Of a DNA stretch of 64,000 bases, positions 28,599 through 39,067 are shown piece by piece. The stretch spans positions 9,242 through 73,241 of the forward strand of contig JAVZMI010000002.1 of the NCBI GenBank assembly GCA_038883335.1, in the 5' to 3' direction. This DNA comes from Candidatus Bathyarchaeia archaeon. Lineage in GTDB: Archaea > Thermoproteota > Bathyarchaeia > Hecatellales > Hecatellaceae. The notes beneath the pieces are model-generated. The model was not told the DNA's origin. It did no database searches and saw nothing but the letters and a program-made list of their open reading frames with translations. Position 1 is the first letter of the stretch. Every line of letters begins with the position of its first letter. The position numbers and the translations under genes are program-made.

Positions 28599-28631
28599 GG
28601 CGAATAATCTTTTAACCAGAGGTTATTCGCC
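28599..28631 (-). terminator. hairpin immediately 3' of the S7 stop codon (9-bp stem GGCGAATAA / TTATTCGCC, 15-nt loop)
   Basis: Perfect inverted repeat at 28599-28607 and 28623-28631, 1 nt from the S7 stop. The role of hairpins in archaeal termination is uncertain. Confidence 0.3.
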
Positions 28632-28632
28632 T

Positions 28633-29253
28633 TTACCTGGAGGAGAGCGCAATCCTCTCTTGTTCATCTCTCTTGGCCACGGCATAGCTCTTGCTATCTC
28701 TCTCAGCTGCCAATAGTATCTCATCAGCAAGGCTTTCATCTATTGTCTTAATGTTGCCGAAAGCATTTTTCCTAGCCCCATCGGCCAAGAACCTCAAAGC
28801 TAAGTCAAGCCTGCGGAGAGGCGCCACATCCACGGCGACGTGATATACAATTCCTCCATAACTAATTCGGGTAGTATCTTCGCAGGGCGCCGAGTTCTCT
28901 ATAGCGCGAATTAGAACCTCTATCGGATTTCTCCCCGACTTGAGGTGAATTATCTCAAAAGCGTTCTTTACTATCTGTAAAGCACGGGCTTTCTTGCCAC
29001 CATTTTTTCCAGGCCTCATCAATTGGTTTGCAAGTCTCTCAACTATCGAGATCTCAGACTTGAGAAAACGTTGATGTTCATGCCTGCCCCCTGAGTGGGC
29101 TGTAAGAGTATCCTTTACTGAAATGTATCGTGCGAGCCCTGGATCCTTTACCTCTAAACCTTCGAAACCCCACTTGCCAAAGAGCTTTATGGGCTCAGAC
29201 CCAACCTTCTCAGCCACACAATCACCAGCAGTTTTGCAGTGTATACTTCCCAA
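28633..29253 (-). CDS. rps7: ribosomal protein S7 (uS7)
   Basis: 206 aa. KLFGKWGFEGLEVKDPGLARYISV ... is typical archaeal S7. It is encoded on the strand opposite to S12 and EF-1alpha. Confidence 0.9.
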   Translation of the reverse strand: MGSIHCKTAGDCVAEKVGSEPIKLFGKWGFEGLEVKDPGLARYISVKDTLTAHSGGRHEHQRFLKSEISIVERLANQLMRPGKNGGKKARALQIVKNAFEIIHLKSGRNPIEVLIRAIENSAPCEDTTRISYGGIVYHVAVDVAPLRRLDLALRFLADGARKNAFGNIKTIDESLADEILLAAERDSKSYAVAKRDEQERIALSSR

Positions 29254-29403
29254 CCTCGATTTAAATATTTCACGCGTAATGAACGGAGCGACAATTTGTT
29301 GAGAAAAAGTTTAAATCGACGGAATATGATAAGCCATAAGCCAAGGCTGATAAATAAGCCGTATATAAACTTGTAGGAATGACACTCGGAGGTTTGAAGT
29401 AGA

Positions 29404-30696
29404 TTGCCTGAGAAGCCTCACCTGAACATAGTCGTAAGCGGACATGTAGACCATGGAAAGTCGACTTGTATGGGTCACCTGCTTTTCTTGAAGGGTGCAG
29501 TCAGCGAACGGGATATAAAGGAGTATGCGGCGCAGTCAGAGAAAGCTGGGCGAGGAGAGACTTTCAAGTTTGCCTGGGTTATGGACCGGATGAAGGAGGA
29601 ACGGGAGAGAGGGTTAACCATCGACCTTGCCTACTGGAAGTTTGAAACCGGCAAATACTTCTTCACGATCATCGACGCACCTGGCCACCGTGACTTTATA
29701 AAAAACATGATTACAGGTGCCAGCCAGGCTGACTGTGCAATCTTGGTATCCTCGGCTAAGAAGGGAGAGTTCGAGGCTGGGATTGAGGCGGGAGGCCAGA
29801 CCAGGGAGCATGCTTTCCTCTTGAAGACATTGGGGGTAAATCAGTTAGTTGTGGCAATTAATAAAATGGACGACCCTACAGTCAATTACAGCCAAACTAG
29901 GTATGAAGAGTGCCGAAAGCAGCTTGAACACCTACTTAGGACTGTCGGCTTTGACACCTCGAAAATCCAATTTATACCGATATCGGCTTGGGTTGGCGAT
30001 AACCTTGTAAAACCGAGTGATAAGATGGGTTGGTATAAAGGACCGACTCTAGAAGGGGCTTTAGATCTATTCGAGGTTCCACCCAAGCCTATAGATAAGC
30101 CTCTCAGAGTTCCAATACAAGATGTCTACACTATAACCGGCATTGGAACAGTACCGGTTGGGAGAGTTGAGACCGGCATCATGAAGGAGGGAGACAATGT
30201 CGTCTTCATGCCGGCTAATGTGAAGGGTGAGGTTAAATCCATTGAAACCCACCATGTAAAAATCCCACAGGCTATCCCTGGGGACAACATAGGCTTTAAC
30301 GTGAGAGGCATCTCGAAAGCCGACGTTAAGAGGGGGGACGTATGTGGGCATGTGACAAATCCCCCGAAGGTGGCGAAGGAGTTTATAGCTCAGATAATAG
30401 TTGTCCACCACCCGACCTCGCTCGCCCAAGGTTACACGCCGGTGCTTCACGCCCATACAGCGCAGGTGGCATGCAAGTTCGCAGATTTGATGAAGAAGAT
30501 TAATCCTCGAACTGGTGAAACCGTAGAGGAGAAGCCTGCCTTCCTAAAGACTGGGGATGGGGCGTTGGTGAGATTGCAACCAGTGCGCCCAATAGCGATC
30601 GAGACCTATGCTCAGATACCGCAGTTAGGGCGGTTTGCTATAAGAGATATGGGCACGACTGTAGCTGCAGGAATCGTAAAGGAGATAGTCGAGTGA
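29404..30696 (+). CDS. tuf: translation elongation factor 1-alpha
   Basis: 430 aa. [22 protein letters not shown]-domain motifs. TTG start. Confidence 0.95.
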   Translation: MPEKPHLNIVVSGHVDHGKSTCMGHLLFLKGAVSERDIKEYAAQSEKAGRGETFKFAWVMDRMKEERERGLTIDLAYWKFETGKYFFTIIDAPGHRDFIKNMITGASQADCAILVSSAKKGEFEAGIEAGGQTREHAFLLKTLGVNQLVVAINKMDDPTVNYSQTRYEECRKQLEHLLRTVGFDTSKIQFIPISAWVGDNLVKPSDKMGWYKGPTLEGALDLFEVPPKPIDKPLRVPIQDVYTITGIGTVPVGRVETGIMKEGDNVVFMPANVKGEVKSIETHHVKIPQAIPGDNIGFNVRGISKADVKRGDVCGHVTNPPKVAKEFIAQIIVVHHPTSLAQGYTPVLHAHTAQVACKFADLMKKINPRTGETVEEKPAFLKTGDGALVRLQPVRPIAIETYAQIPQLGRFAIRDMGTTVAAGIVKEIVE

Positions 30697-30753
30697 TAGG
30701 TTCGACTTACCTTACCATCCTACTATAGCGTTAAATGTTGGACAGAGGATTGC

Positions 30754-31062
30754 ATGGTGCAGAAAGCCAGAATTCGCTTGACTAGCGTGAATCAGCAGAA
30801 ACTGGACGAGATCTGCAAAGAGATCAAGGATATAGCGGAGAAGGTTGGAGCGAAGATTTCAGGCCCCATACCACTCCCCACAAAGCGGATCGTGCAACCC
30901 ACAAGAAAGAGCCCCTGCGGCGAAGGCACCGCCACATGGGATCATTTCGAGTTGAGGGTCCATAAACGGCTGATTGAAGTTGAAGCCAATGAGAGGCTTA
31001 TGCGGCGGGTTATGCGAGTAAGAGTCCCCGACGATGTATATATCGAGATAAGCCTCGTTTAA
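30754..31062 (+). CDS. rps10: ribosomal protein S10 (uS10)
   Basis: 102 aa. [40 protein letters not shown]. Confidence 0.9.
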   Translation: MVQKARIRLTSVNQQKLDEICKEIKDIAEKVGAKISGPIPLPTKRIVQPTRKSPCGEGTATWDHFELRVHKRLIEVEANERLMRRVMRVRVPDDVYIEISLV

Positions 31063-31227
31063 GAGATGACCGAATCCTTTTTCCCTCCTCTCATTACGTT
31101 TGGAAGCAAAGTGTAACCACGGCGTTCTAGGTAAGGCTGCCCGTTAGGGCATGAGAACCTTGGGAGAACAGATTTCAACACTCCGTACGTGGAGCGTCAG
31201 CCATAGCACATCCGTGGAGGTTCTTAC

Positions 31228-32673
31228 TTGTTAAAGACGAAGATAATTTGCACGATTGGGCCCTCAACTTTCTCTTACGAGAAGCTGCGCGCGTTAGTTG
31301 AGGCAGGTATGGATGTGGCCCGCCTCAACATGTCCCACGGAACACTCGACAGCCACAAAAAGATTATAAGTTTAGTTCGGGAGCTCTCATTGGAGCTAGG
31401 GAAACCTCTTGCCATACTTTTAGATCTACCCGGGCCTCGACTGAGGATAGGCAACTTCTCGGCTGGGTTCGTTCGCCTCCAGGACGGGGAAGAGTTTACA
31501 CTTACAGCCGACCAGGTCGACGGTGATGCGAGTCGGGTATCAATTAACTATCCTGACCTAGTCGACGAGGTTAGTGCAGGCGATGAAATCCACCTAGCCG
31601 ACGGAACGATCAAGCTTGGTGTTTCCGAGGTTAAAGGGTCTGATATACGCTGCAAGGTCTTAACGGGCGGCATACTCCACTCAGGTAAGGGAATGAATAT
31701 CCCGGGAAAGAGGCTTAACATACCAGCGATAACGAAGAAGGACATTGAAGGGATAGGGTTCGGAGCTGAGAATAAAGTTGACTTCGTAGCTTTATCCTTC
31801 GTTCAAACAGATGCGGATTTGAAAAAAGCCAGAGAACTTCTAACTGAGAAGGGGAGCCAGGCGGGTTTGGTGGCCAAGATCGAGCGTAAGATCGCAATCA
31901 AGAATCTCAAGAGGATACTTAGAGCCTCAGACGGCGTGATGGTCGCCCGTGGAGATTTGGGGGTTGAGACAGGCTTTGAGAATATCCCCCTCCTCCAAAA
32001 ACAGATAATACGTGCCTGTAATATGGCTGGGAAGCCTGTGATAACCGCCACCCAAATGTTAGTCTCGATGGTGACGAACCCTAACCCAACGAGGGCTGAG
32101 GTGAGTGATATAGCAAACGCCGTCATAGACGGAACTGACGCTTTAATGCTCTCAGAGGAGACTGCGGTTGGGATGTATCCGGTCGAGGCCGTTAAGGTCA
32201 TGGTTAGAGTTGCGAGGAATGCTGAGAGGAGTCTCCCCTATGCGCGGATTCTTACCGAGAGGAGGGAAGCTCTCAAGCGTACAATGGCTGGCATTATCAG
32301 TTACTCAGCATGCCAAATAGCCATGGATATAAACGCAAAAGCGATGGTCGTACCTACTAGGTCGGGCCTGAGTGCCTATAGGGTGTCCATGTGTAGACCT
32401 TCACAGCCCATCATCGCCTTAGTTAGAAATGAGACACTTCAGAGAAGGTTACTCTTATCTTGGGGGGTGAGACCCTACCTGCTGGATACTCATCTTCCCG
32501 GCGAAGTGCTTCCCCCTACGGTGGAGAGGTTGCTGGTTAGGGAGGTACCCCCGCAGGGACCTCAACATGTGGTTATCGTATACGGTGGATTGAAAACCAA
32601 GGTTGGCTCCACGAATAGTATAAATGTTCAAATTATAGGGCGTAAATCTCAGAGTCCACACTTAAAGGGTTGA
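31228..32673 (+). CDS. pyk: pyruvate kinase
   Basis: 481 aa. TKIICTIGPST, MVARGDLGVE. Confidence 0.9.
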   Translation: MLKTKIICTIGPSTFSYEKLRALVEAGMDVARLNMSHGTLDSHKKIISLVRELSLELGKPLAILLDLPGPRLRIGNFSAGFVRLQDGEEFTLTADQVDGDASRVSINYPDLVDEVSAGDEIHLADGTIKLGVSEVKGSDIRCKVLTGGILHSGKGMNIPGKRLNIPAITKKDIEGIGFGAENKVDFVALSFVQTDADLKKARELLTEKGSQAGLVAKIERKIAIKNLKRILRASDGVMVARGDLGVETGFENIPLLQKQIIRACNMAGKPVITATQMLVSMVTNPNPTRAEVSDIANAVIDGTDALMLSEETAVGMYPVEAVKVMVRVARNAERSLPYARILTERREALKRTMAGIISYSACQIAMDINAKAMVVPTRSGLSAYRVSMCRPSQPIIALVRNETLQRRLLLSWGVRPYLLDTHLPGEVLPPTVERLLVREVPPQGPQHVVIVYGGLKTKVGSTNSINVQIIGRKSQSPHLKG

Positions 32674-32676
32674 GAA

Positions 32677-33282
32677 ATGTTAGAAGAGTATGCAATGCTT
32701 CCTGAGCCTCTCATGGCCCTTACAAGAGGTGTGGTCGCCTTATTCATAATAATGGACCCGCTGGGGAACATCCCCATATTTGTGGGTTTGACTACTGATT
32801 TAAACCTTGAAGAGCGGAGAAGAACCTTTCGTGTGGCTCTGATCGTATCATTCGCCCTACTGGTAGTATTCGCACTCACAGGCGACCGGCTGCTCTCTAT
32901 TTTCAACATCTCCCTAGACAGTTTCATGATAGCTGGGGGGATGCTGCTTCTGCTACTTGCTATGAAGATTCTAGTCTATGGCGGGTGGGAGGAGAAGAAA
33001 GTTGAGCCTGATAGCGTCGGAGCAGTCCCCATCGCTTGCCCGCTTTTGGTTGGCCCCGGAGCGATAGTTACCGTTATTATACTCCTCCAAAGCTCAGGGA
33101 TACTCATAACTTTCTCAGCAGTCATAATAGTCCTAATTATAACATGGCTCATCCTGCGGTACATTGGTTACATTTACCGTTTTCTGGGTAAGACTGGGTC
33201 TCTGGTTATTGCTAGGGTTATGGCCATCTTCATCGCTGCCATAGCGGTCGGCTACATCGTGGATGGATTGTCTACCATATGA
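32677..33282 (+). CDS. MarC-family integral membrane protein (UPF0056)
   Basis: 201 aa, 6 TM, FIIMDPLGNIPIF motif. Confidence 0.7.
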   Translation: MLEEYAMLPEPLMALTRGVVALFIIMDPLGNIPIFVGLTTDLNLEERRRTFRVALIVSFALLVVFALTGDRLLSIFNISLDSFMIAGGMLLLLLAMKILVYGGWEEKKVEPDSVGAVPIACPLLVGPGAIVTVIILLQSSGILITFSAVIIVLIITWLILRYIGYIYRFLGKTGSLVIARVMAIFIAAIAVGYIVDGLSTI

Positions 33283-33766
33283 CGCAGACTTGCTGCTAAG
33301 TTTACTCGCCACAGAAGACAAGAAGCTGTAAATTTTACAAGCTTAGCTGTCGAATTTAAGCAACTCACGCTTGTTTTTTAGGCTCTAAACATTTTCTAAA
33401 GCTGTTTTTCGGCTAATTTTTCTATAATAAAACGTATTAGTTGTAAAATATAATAAAGCTTAAAGCTCGGAGGTGAAAGCTTACGGGAGACACGCCGAAA
33501 GCTGGGGAGATTAAGGTCGTCGAGAGGAAGGGACGGAGAATTACGATGGTGGCCACTGGCAAGAAAGGGTTTGGAGCTTGGAAGATAATCAGGAATGAGT
33601 CTATATCCTAACGGCTCGATTGATCTGCTCTATTCTAGTCTCGATTTTTTTTATATCATCTAGCACTCAACCACTTCAATAGCACGCTTGTAATCTAGTC
33701 TACATACCTGCCAGCATGCCGGATGCTTTAGGGTAATTCCGGATGGCATAAGCATTCCAAGTGCAA

Positions 33767-34834
33767 TCAAACCTTGAGAATTGCACGATCCCCCACAATA
33801 AATCTAAATCCCTTAGGTAAACACTCAGCGTCATGGGTTATCTCGGAGTGTTTCCCTATCAGGCTATCGACAATTCTTCCTTTGCATGCGATGAACACGT
33901 CGTCCATGATTATGGAGTTCTCAACCTCAGCATCCCTAATGGTAACATTATTGCCTATAGAAGTGTAAGGCCCAATGTAGGCGTTGGGGCCGATCTCGCA
34001 CCCCTCGCCGATTATAGCCGGCCCCCTTATATGCGTGCCACTCAGAATTTTAGTTCCCGCCCCAATGCCGACATTCCCAGTCAGAGACGCATTTTTCTCT
34101 ACAACGCCATAATTGAAGCCCTCCAGATCAAAAAGCACTAGCTGGTTAGCTTCGAGTATATCCTCCGGCCTTCCTGTATCCTTCCACCATCCCCGCACGA
34201 CATGAGCATGAACATCCCCGCCCAGGTCTATCAACTGTTGTATAGCGTCAGTTATCTCTAGCTCGTTCCTCCAAGAGACTTTAATCCTTTTTATAGCATC
34301 GAAGATCTTCGAGGTGAAGAAATAAACACCCACAAGTGCGAAGTTACTCCTAGGCTCCCTAGGTTTCTCCACCAACCTTACAGGCTTCCCGTCTACTATC
34401 TCAACTACACCAAACCTCTCAGGGGCATTCACCTGAGCTACCGCGATGAGCGCATCGCATCTTGAACCTTTAAACTCATTCACAAGGTAGCTTATACCGT
34501 TCTTTAGGAGGTTATCGCCAAGGTACATCACGAAAGGCTCGTCGCCGAGAAAATCCTTAGATATCAAAGCTGCGTGGGCTAGACCCTTAGGTTCAGGTTG
34601 CTCTATATATGTGACTTTGACTCCAAACTTTGAGCCATCACCAACCGCCTCCAAGATGCCCTCCTTCACAGGGCCTAAAACTATCCCTATCTCACTTATC
34701 CCCGCATCTTTGAGGTGGCCTAAACCATAGAAGAGCATAGGTTTGTTCGCTATTGGAATCATATGTTTATTGCCGGTGTAAGTTAAGGGTCTAAGCCTAG
34801 TGCCGTAGCCTCCGGCTAATAGTAAGCCCTTCAT
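33767..34834 (-). CDS. rmlA: glucose-1-phosphate thymidylyltransferase-like sugar nucleotidyltransferase (with C-terminal left-handed beta-helix)
   Basis: 355 aa. KGLLLAGGYGTRLRPLTYTGNKHMIPIANKPM. Confidence 0.75.
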   Translation of the reverse strand: MKGLLLAGGYGTRLRPLTYTGNKHMIPIANKPMLFYGLGHLKDAGISEIGIVLGPVKEGILEAVGDGSKFGVKVTYIEQPEPKGLAHAALISKDFLGDEPFVMYLGDNLLKNGISYLVNEFKGSRCDALIAVAQVNAPERFGVVEIVDGKPVRLVEKPREPRSNFALVGVYFFTSKIFDAIKRIKVSWRNELEITDAIQQLIDLGGDVHAHVVRGWWKDTGRPEDILEANQLVLFDLEGFNYGVVEKNASLTGNVGIGAGTKILSGTHIRGPAIIGEGCEIGPNAYIGPYTSIGNNVTIRDAEVENSIIMDDVFIACKGRIVDSLIGKHSEITHDAECLPKGFRFIVGDRAILKV

Positions 34835-35721
34835 AACCCCCCTCTAACCTCCTCCTCCCTCATTTGAGTGAGGGCCTGACTTAGATTGAAGTTTTTCAAC
34901 TTAAGCTCGCTAGTAAACTTTCCTATATTAAGCGACGAGTCTCTCGGCCTCCTCGCTTTCCAACCTAACAAGCTAGAGGGTACAGGCCGGATAAGATTTC
35001 TATTCAGTCCAAAAATTTCGGATACAGTTATAGCCATCTGGTATCTGCTCGCCCTCTCAGATCCAGCCACGTGGAATATGCCGGTTAACCGCTTATCAGC
35101 GATCTCCATAATCAACCTAGCCAAGTCGGTATTAAAAGTTGGTGAGACGTACTGGTCGGTTGCAATGTTCAGAACATGCCCCGACCTCAACCCATTTATC
35201 ACCCACGTAGCAAAGTTAAGTTTAGCCCCGATCCCCCAACCAAACAACGCGCTGGTTCTCACTATACACCAGTCTCTGGCTAGGTTCCTCACCTTCTCTT
35301 CTCCGAGAAGTTTAGTATAACCATAGAAGTTGATAGGGTTTGGAGGGTCGCTCTCAATATACATACCTTTCTCGCCATCGAACACGTAGTCTGTTGATAC
35401 ATGGAGAAAGTATGCCCTGACCTGTGAGGCGGCTTCGGAGATGTAGCCCACCGCATTGGCATTGACTTCCAATGCGACGTTTTTTTCAACCTCACATTTA
35501 TCCACATCGGTGAAAGCAGCAGTGTTTATAATCACCTCAGGGTTTACCTTGCGTATGGTTTGCAACACCAGTCTCTTGTCTGTGACATCCAGCAGTAGGG
35601 GTTTAGGCGCTCCTGCTATGGGTGTTCTAGCGGCTGCATAGACGTCGCAACCTCTCATCACGGCCTCCTTTAAGACTTTCGCGCCCAGGAGACCTCCTGC
35701 GCCGATGATGAGGATCTTCAA
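34831..35721 (-). CDS. rmlD: dTDP-4-dehydrorhamnose reductase
   Basis: 296 aa. MKILIIGAGGLLG Rossmann fold, YGYTK (YxxxK). Overlaps rmlA by 4 nt. Confidence 0.7.
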   Translation of the reverse strand: MKILIIGAGGLLGAKVLKEAVMRGCDVYAAARTPIAGAPKPLLLDVTDKRLVLQTIRKVNPEVIINTAAFTDVDKCEVEKNVALEVNANAVGYISEAASQVRAYFLHVSTDYVFDGEKGMYIESDPPNPINFYGYTKLLGEEKVRNLARDWCIVRTSALFGWGIGAKLNFATWVINGLRSGHVLNIATDQYVSPTFNTDLARLIMEIADKRLTGIFHVAGSERASRYQMAITVSEIFGLNRNLIRPVPSSLLGWKARRPRDSSLNIGKFTSELKLKNFNLSQALTQMREEEVRGGL

Positions 35722-35754
35722 TTTGAATCCGCTGGTGACAACCAGATTTAGGTT

Positions 35755-36207
35755 TCACGTCCAATTGTATGGAATCTTGTCTGAGTTGTAGGGAAGCCTC
35801 TCCTCGTCTGGGTTCGCATAGTCGTAGAGTTTCGTTGGCATGTTGATTAGGATTGCAGGCTTGTCCCCTATTACCTTGAAGCCATGCCAACAATCTCCCG
35901 GTATTCTCAATAGCATCGGTTTATCTTCACCTATAAGGAACTCGTTTATCATTCCGCATGTAGGGGAGCCTTCTCTGTCATCATAGATAGCTACTTTAAT
36001 GCGGCCCGAGGGTACCGTGAAAAAGTCTATCTGCCCCCTGAGGTGCCTGTGCCATGCGCGTATCACACCTGGATGGCTCTTTGAGAAGTATGCCATCTTA
36101 ACATCCTCATATATATCCCAGTCCTCCCGTATAATCTCGCAGAGTAGCCCCCTCTCGTCTATATGCTCCTCAAGCTCTCTGACCATTACTCCCTTGATTA
36201 GCTTCAT
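35755..36207 (-). CDS. rmlC: dTDP-4-dehydrorhamnose 3,5-epimerase (cupin)
   Basis: 150 aa. DERGLLCEI ... RAWHRH. Confidence 0.7.
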   Translation of the reverse strand: MKLIKGVMVRELEEHIDERGLLCEIIREDWDIYEDVKMAYFSKSHPGVIRAWHRHLRGQIDFFTVPSGRIKVAIYDDREGSPTCGMINEFLIGEDKPMLLRIPGDCWHGFKVIGDKPAILINMPTKLYDYANPDEERLPYNSDKIPYNWT

Positions 36208-36316
36208 CCAACCACCTCTAGGTTAGTTATAACGCTTAACAAGTGTATATGCAGTTTTCTACGTGTCAGCTCCACTCGCTGGCTGAGAAGCCACCCGCTG
36301 ACTCCGCGTGACCTAT

Positions 36317-37309
36317 TCACTTTAGGAGTTGCGTATAGATGCACGCTACTTTCTCAATGATCTGTGAGGGGTTATGGTAGGCGTGGATATACTTCTCCTG
36401 AGCCTCCGCCACTCTCTCCCTCACTGGGGGATCAACTAGAAGGGTGAGCCCCTCCACAACTCCTTCTTCACCTTCAACGCTTACAACTGGTGGTGGGGGT
36501 GGCACGCCGTTCCTACCGTATAGGGAGTTGTCTATGGATTGGAGGACTGGTCTATGGCAGGCCATTGCCTCGAGCGATGTCATATGGAGGTAAGGCAGAC
36601 GGAAATCCGTTGCAACTACATCTACATGGTGATAGAGGCTGGCCATCTCTTCGTGTGGACGTCTAGGGTGTACTCTACACTTTACATTTAGGCTTTTTAG
36701 TAGAGAGAGCAACTGCCATCGCTCATTACCGTAATCTATAACCTCTACCGCGCAGTTGGGGTGGTTGCGTTGAAATTTTGCAAACCCTTTCAGAAAGATG
36801 TCTGCGCCCCTCATGGTACTTAGGCTCGACGCAAGCAGGACTCTAAACCTATCCGTCTGGGGTAGGGGGGCTGGCTTGAAGAGGTGGAGGTTTACTGGGT
36901 TAGGGAGATACTCGGCATCTTCCCTGAAGTACTTGGCAACTTTGATTATGTCAGGGACTGAGACCAGTATTCTGTCGGCGGTTTTCAGGTTCTTTTTCAC
37001 GATCCAGCCGAGTCTAGTATTGAGCGTATATCTTAGATCGGAGCCGTGGAACTGGCAGACTGTAGGTTGCCTCTTCAACATTTTCACAAGGTAGTGATCT
37101 TGGAGACCGTAGTGGACGTGGAAGATCTCGGCCTTCGTGAATAGAATTTTGAACAATATACCTAAGGTCTTCGAGTATAAACCTCGAGTCCTCCGTTTGT
37201 GAGTATACTTGATCCATGGCGGCGCATATTTTATAAGCGTCTCACCGACGTAGGCGCAATCGCCAACCATCGCGACGGAGAGCGGCTCAGTTCTCATCAT
37301 CCCGACCAA
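36317..37309 (-). CDS. glycosyltransferase, GT-B fold (family 1/4-like)
   Basis: 330 aa. Weak GT4-like N-terminal pattern (HVHYG ... QFHGSDL). Confidence 0.45.
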   Translation of the reverse strand: MVGMMRTEPLSVAMVGDCAYVGETLIKYAPPWIKYTHKRRTRGLYSKTLGILFKILFTKAEIFHVHYGLQDHYLVKMLKRQPTVCQFHGSDLRYTLNTRLGWIVKKNLKTADRILVSVPDIIKVAKYFREDAEYLPNPVNLHLFKPAPLPQTDRFRVLLASSLSTMRGADIFLKGFAKFQRNHPNCAVEVIDYGNERWQLLSLLKSLNVKCRVHPRRPHEEMASLYHHVDVVATDFRLPYLHMTSLEAMACHRPVLQSIDNSLYGRNGVPPPPPVVSVEGEEGVVEGLTLLVDPPVRERVAEAQEKYIHAYHNPSQIIEKVACIYTQLLK

Positions 37310-37425
37310 TCAACTCTGTCTAGACATTGTCAAGCTGGCAGTTATAATTATGGCTTCTCAGCGATCACAGATTTGCGTCATAATTTAATTTAACTTGCCG
37401 CTATTTTTTATGTTGAGGTAGAGGT

Positions 37426-38157
37426 ATGGCGGAGGTGAAAGCCCCTCCCAACACTCGAGGGTTAGTGTCGATAATAATTCCAGTCCATAATAAGGTCAAG
37501 GCTGAGAGGTGCCTCCGCGAGATTGAGAGGCAAACATACCCAAATATAGAGGTCATCACGGTAGAGTTCAAGGGTTTCCCTGCTGAGAAGAGGAACTACG
37601 GCTTCCGAAAGAGCCGAGGGGAGTATGTGTATTTCCTAGATGAGGACGAATATTTAAGCCCCACGGTGGTTGAAGAGTGCGTGGCTAAAGCTATGGAAAG
37701 CTACGACGTAGTGGCGGTGCCAGTCGTCAAGAAGCCAACTAAATCATATATGGCAAACAGTATCTCTATCATTAGGGAGAGCACCTTCAAGACTATGTTC
37801 TTCAAGAGAAGAGTGCTAGAAGATATAGGACTCTTCGACCCCTCCTTCACCCTATGCGACGACCTAGAACTCTTGGAGCGTGCGAGAGGAGCTGGCTACA
37901 AGATGGCCGCAATATCGAAGGGATACTTAATCCACGATGAGGAGGTCGGGTTGAAGGATGTAGTCTACAAGACACTTGCCTCACGTAGGGCTTTCAGAGG
38001 GCTGAAGAAGAAATATGGAAAGGCAAAATTTAACCAGATAGTAAGACCGGTCTTCCACAGGAAGAGAATCTTCAGAGAAATCCTCAGAAGACCTAAATAC
38101 ATTGTAGGTGTTCTCCTCACGATGTACATACGCTTCATCACTAGAAGACTACCGTAG
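37426..38157 (+). CDS. glycosyltransferase family 2
   Basis: VSIIIPVHNK ... YFLDEDE (DxD). Confidence 0.7.
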   Translation: MAEVKAPPNTRGLVSIIIPVHNKVKAERCLREIERQTYPNIEVITVEFKGFPAEKRNYGFRKSRGEYVYFLDEDEYLSPTVVEECVAKAMESYDVVAVPVVKKPTKSYMANSISIIRESTFKTMFFKRRVLEDIGLFDPSFTLCDDLELLERARGAGYKMAAISKGYLIHDEEVGLKDVVYKTLASRRAFRGLKKKYGKAKFNQIVRPVFHRKRIFREILRRPKYIVGVLLTMYIRFITRRLP

Positions 38158-38178
38158 AACTTAGGTGGCTGTGAATCT

Positions 38179-39033
38179 TTGAAGAAAGAGACAGGGCGAT
38201 CCCCAACAAATTTGGCATGCTCCGTTGTCGTGATAGCACGTAACGCAGAAGCTACATTAGAGGCTTGCCTAAGGTCGATTAAGAAACAGAGCCGATATCC
38301 GGACGAAATTATAGTAGTTGACAACGGCTCTACCGACTCGACATCCAAGGTTGCTACCAGAATGGAGGTTAGGGTCATAAGCGAGCCGAGGCGTGGGAGG
38401 GCTAGGGCTAGAAACGCCGGGATAAAGGCGGCGAGAGGTGATTTGATCGTCTTCATTGATTCTGACGCGGTGGCAGATGAGAGCTGGTTGGTAAATCTTT
38501 TAAAATATCAGGGTTTAGAAGATGAGAGAGTTGCAGGGGTTGCGGGTAACATTCTCGCTAGCAACCGGCAAAAAAGGATTCCGAGGTTGCTAGATCTCGT
38601 CGTTGCCAACTGTCCACACTATGGTACTGGGAATATTCTTTACTTTAAGAGGGTTCTAGAGGAGACCGGAGGCTTTGATGAAAGACTTGGGGCTGCCGAA
38701 GATGTGGAGTTGGCTTGGAGAATAATCCGTAGAGGGTATACATTAGGGTTCGAGCCTAGGGCAGTGGTTTACCACAACCACCCTGAGAGACTATACAGCT
38801 TTGTAAGGCAGCAGTTCAACTTCGGGCGTTGGTCAATATTCGCAAGAGAAATCTCTCAGATGCCCCGCTTGAAGACGAAGCTCCTAATACCTTTCGCGCC
38901 ACTAACCTTTTTTAAACATCTACCCCAAGCTAGAAAACATCCACTCCTACCCATCCTGCTAACCTCGGCCTCTATAAGCTACGCCCTAGGAACTTTGACT
39001 GGGCTACTTAGAGGCCCACCTGACCTACCATGA
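38179..39033 (+). CDS. glycosyltransferase family 2
   Basis: CSVVVIARNAEATLEACLRSI ... IIVVDNGSTDST ... FIDSDA. Confidence 0.7.
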   Translation: MKKETGRSPTNLACSVVVIARNAEATLEACLRSIKKQSRYPDEIIVVDNGSTDSTSKVATRMEVRVISEPRRGRARARNAGIKAARGDLIVFIDSDAVADESWLVNLLKYQGLEDERVAGVAGNILASNRQKRIPRLLDLVVANCPHYGTGNILYFKRVLEETGGFDERLGAAEDVELAWRIIRRGYTLGFEPRAVVYHNHPERLYSFVRQQFNFGRWSIFAREISQMPRLKTKLLIPFAPLTFFKHLPQARKHPLLPILLTSASISYALGTLTGLLRGPPDLP

Positions 39034-39067
39034 GAAGTCTAGGAACTATTAAAGAGCGTTTGAAGAG

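Noticed and set aside
33476-33611. Short frame ...MVATGKKGFGAWKIIRNESIS after a GGAGGTGA motif in the marC / rmlA convergent spacer
   Set aside because: Only 21 codons from the first ATG, with no recognisable small-protein family.
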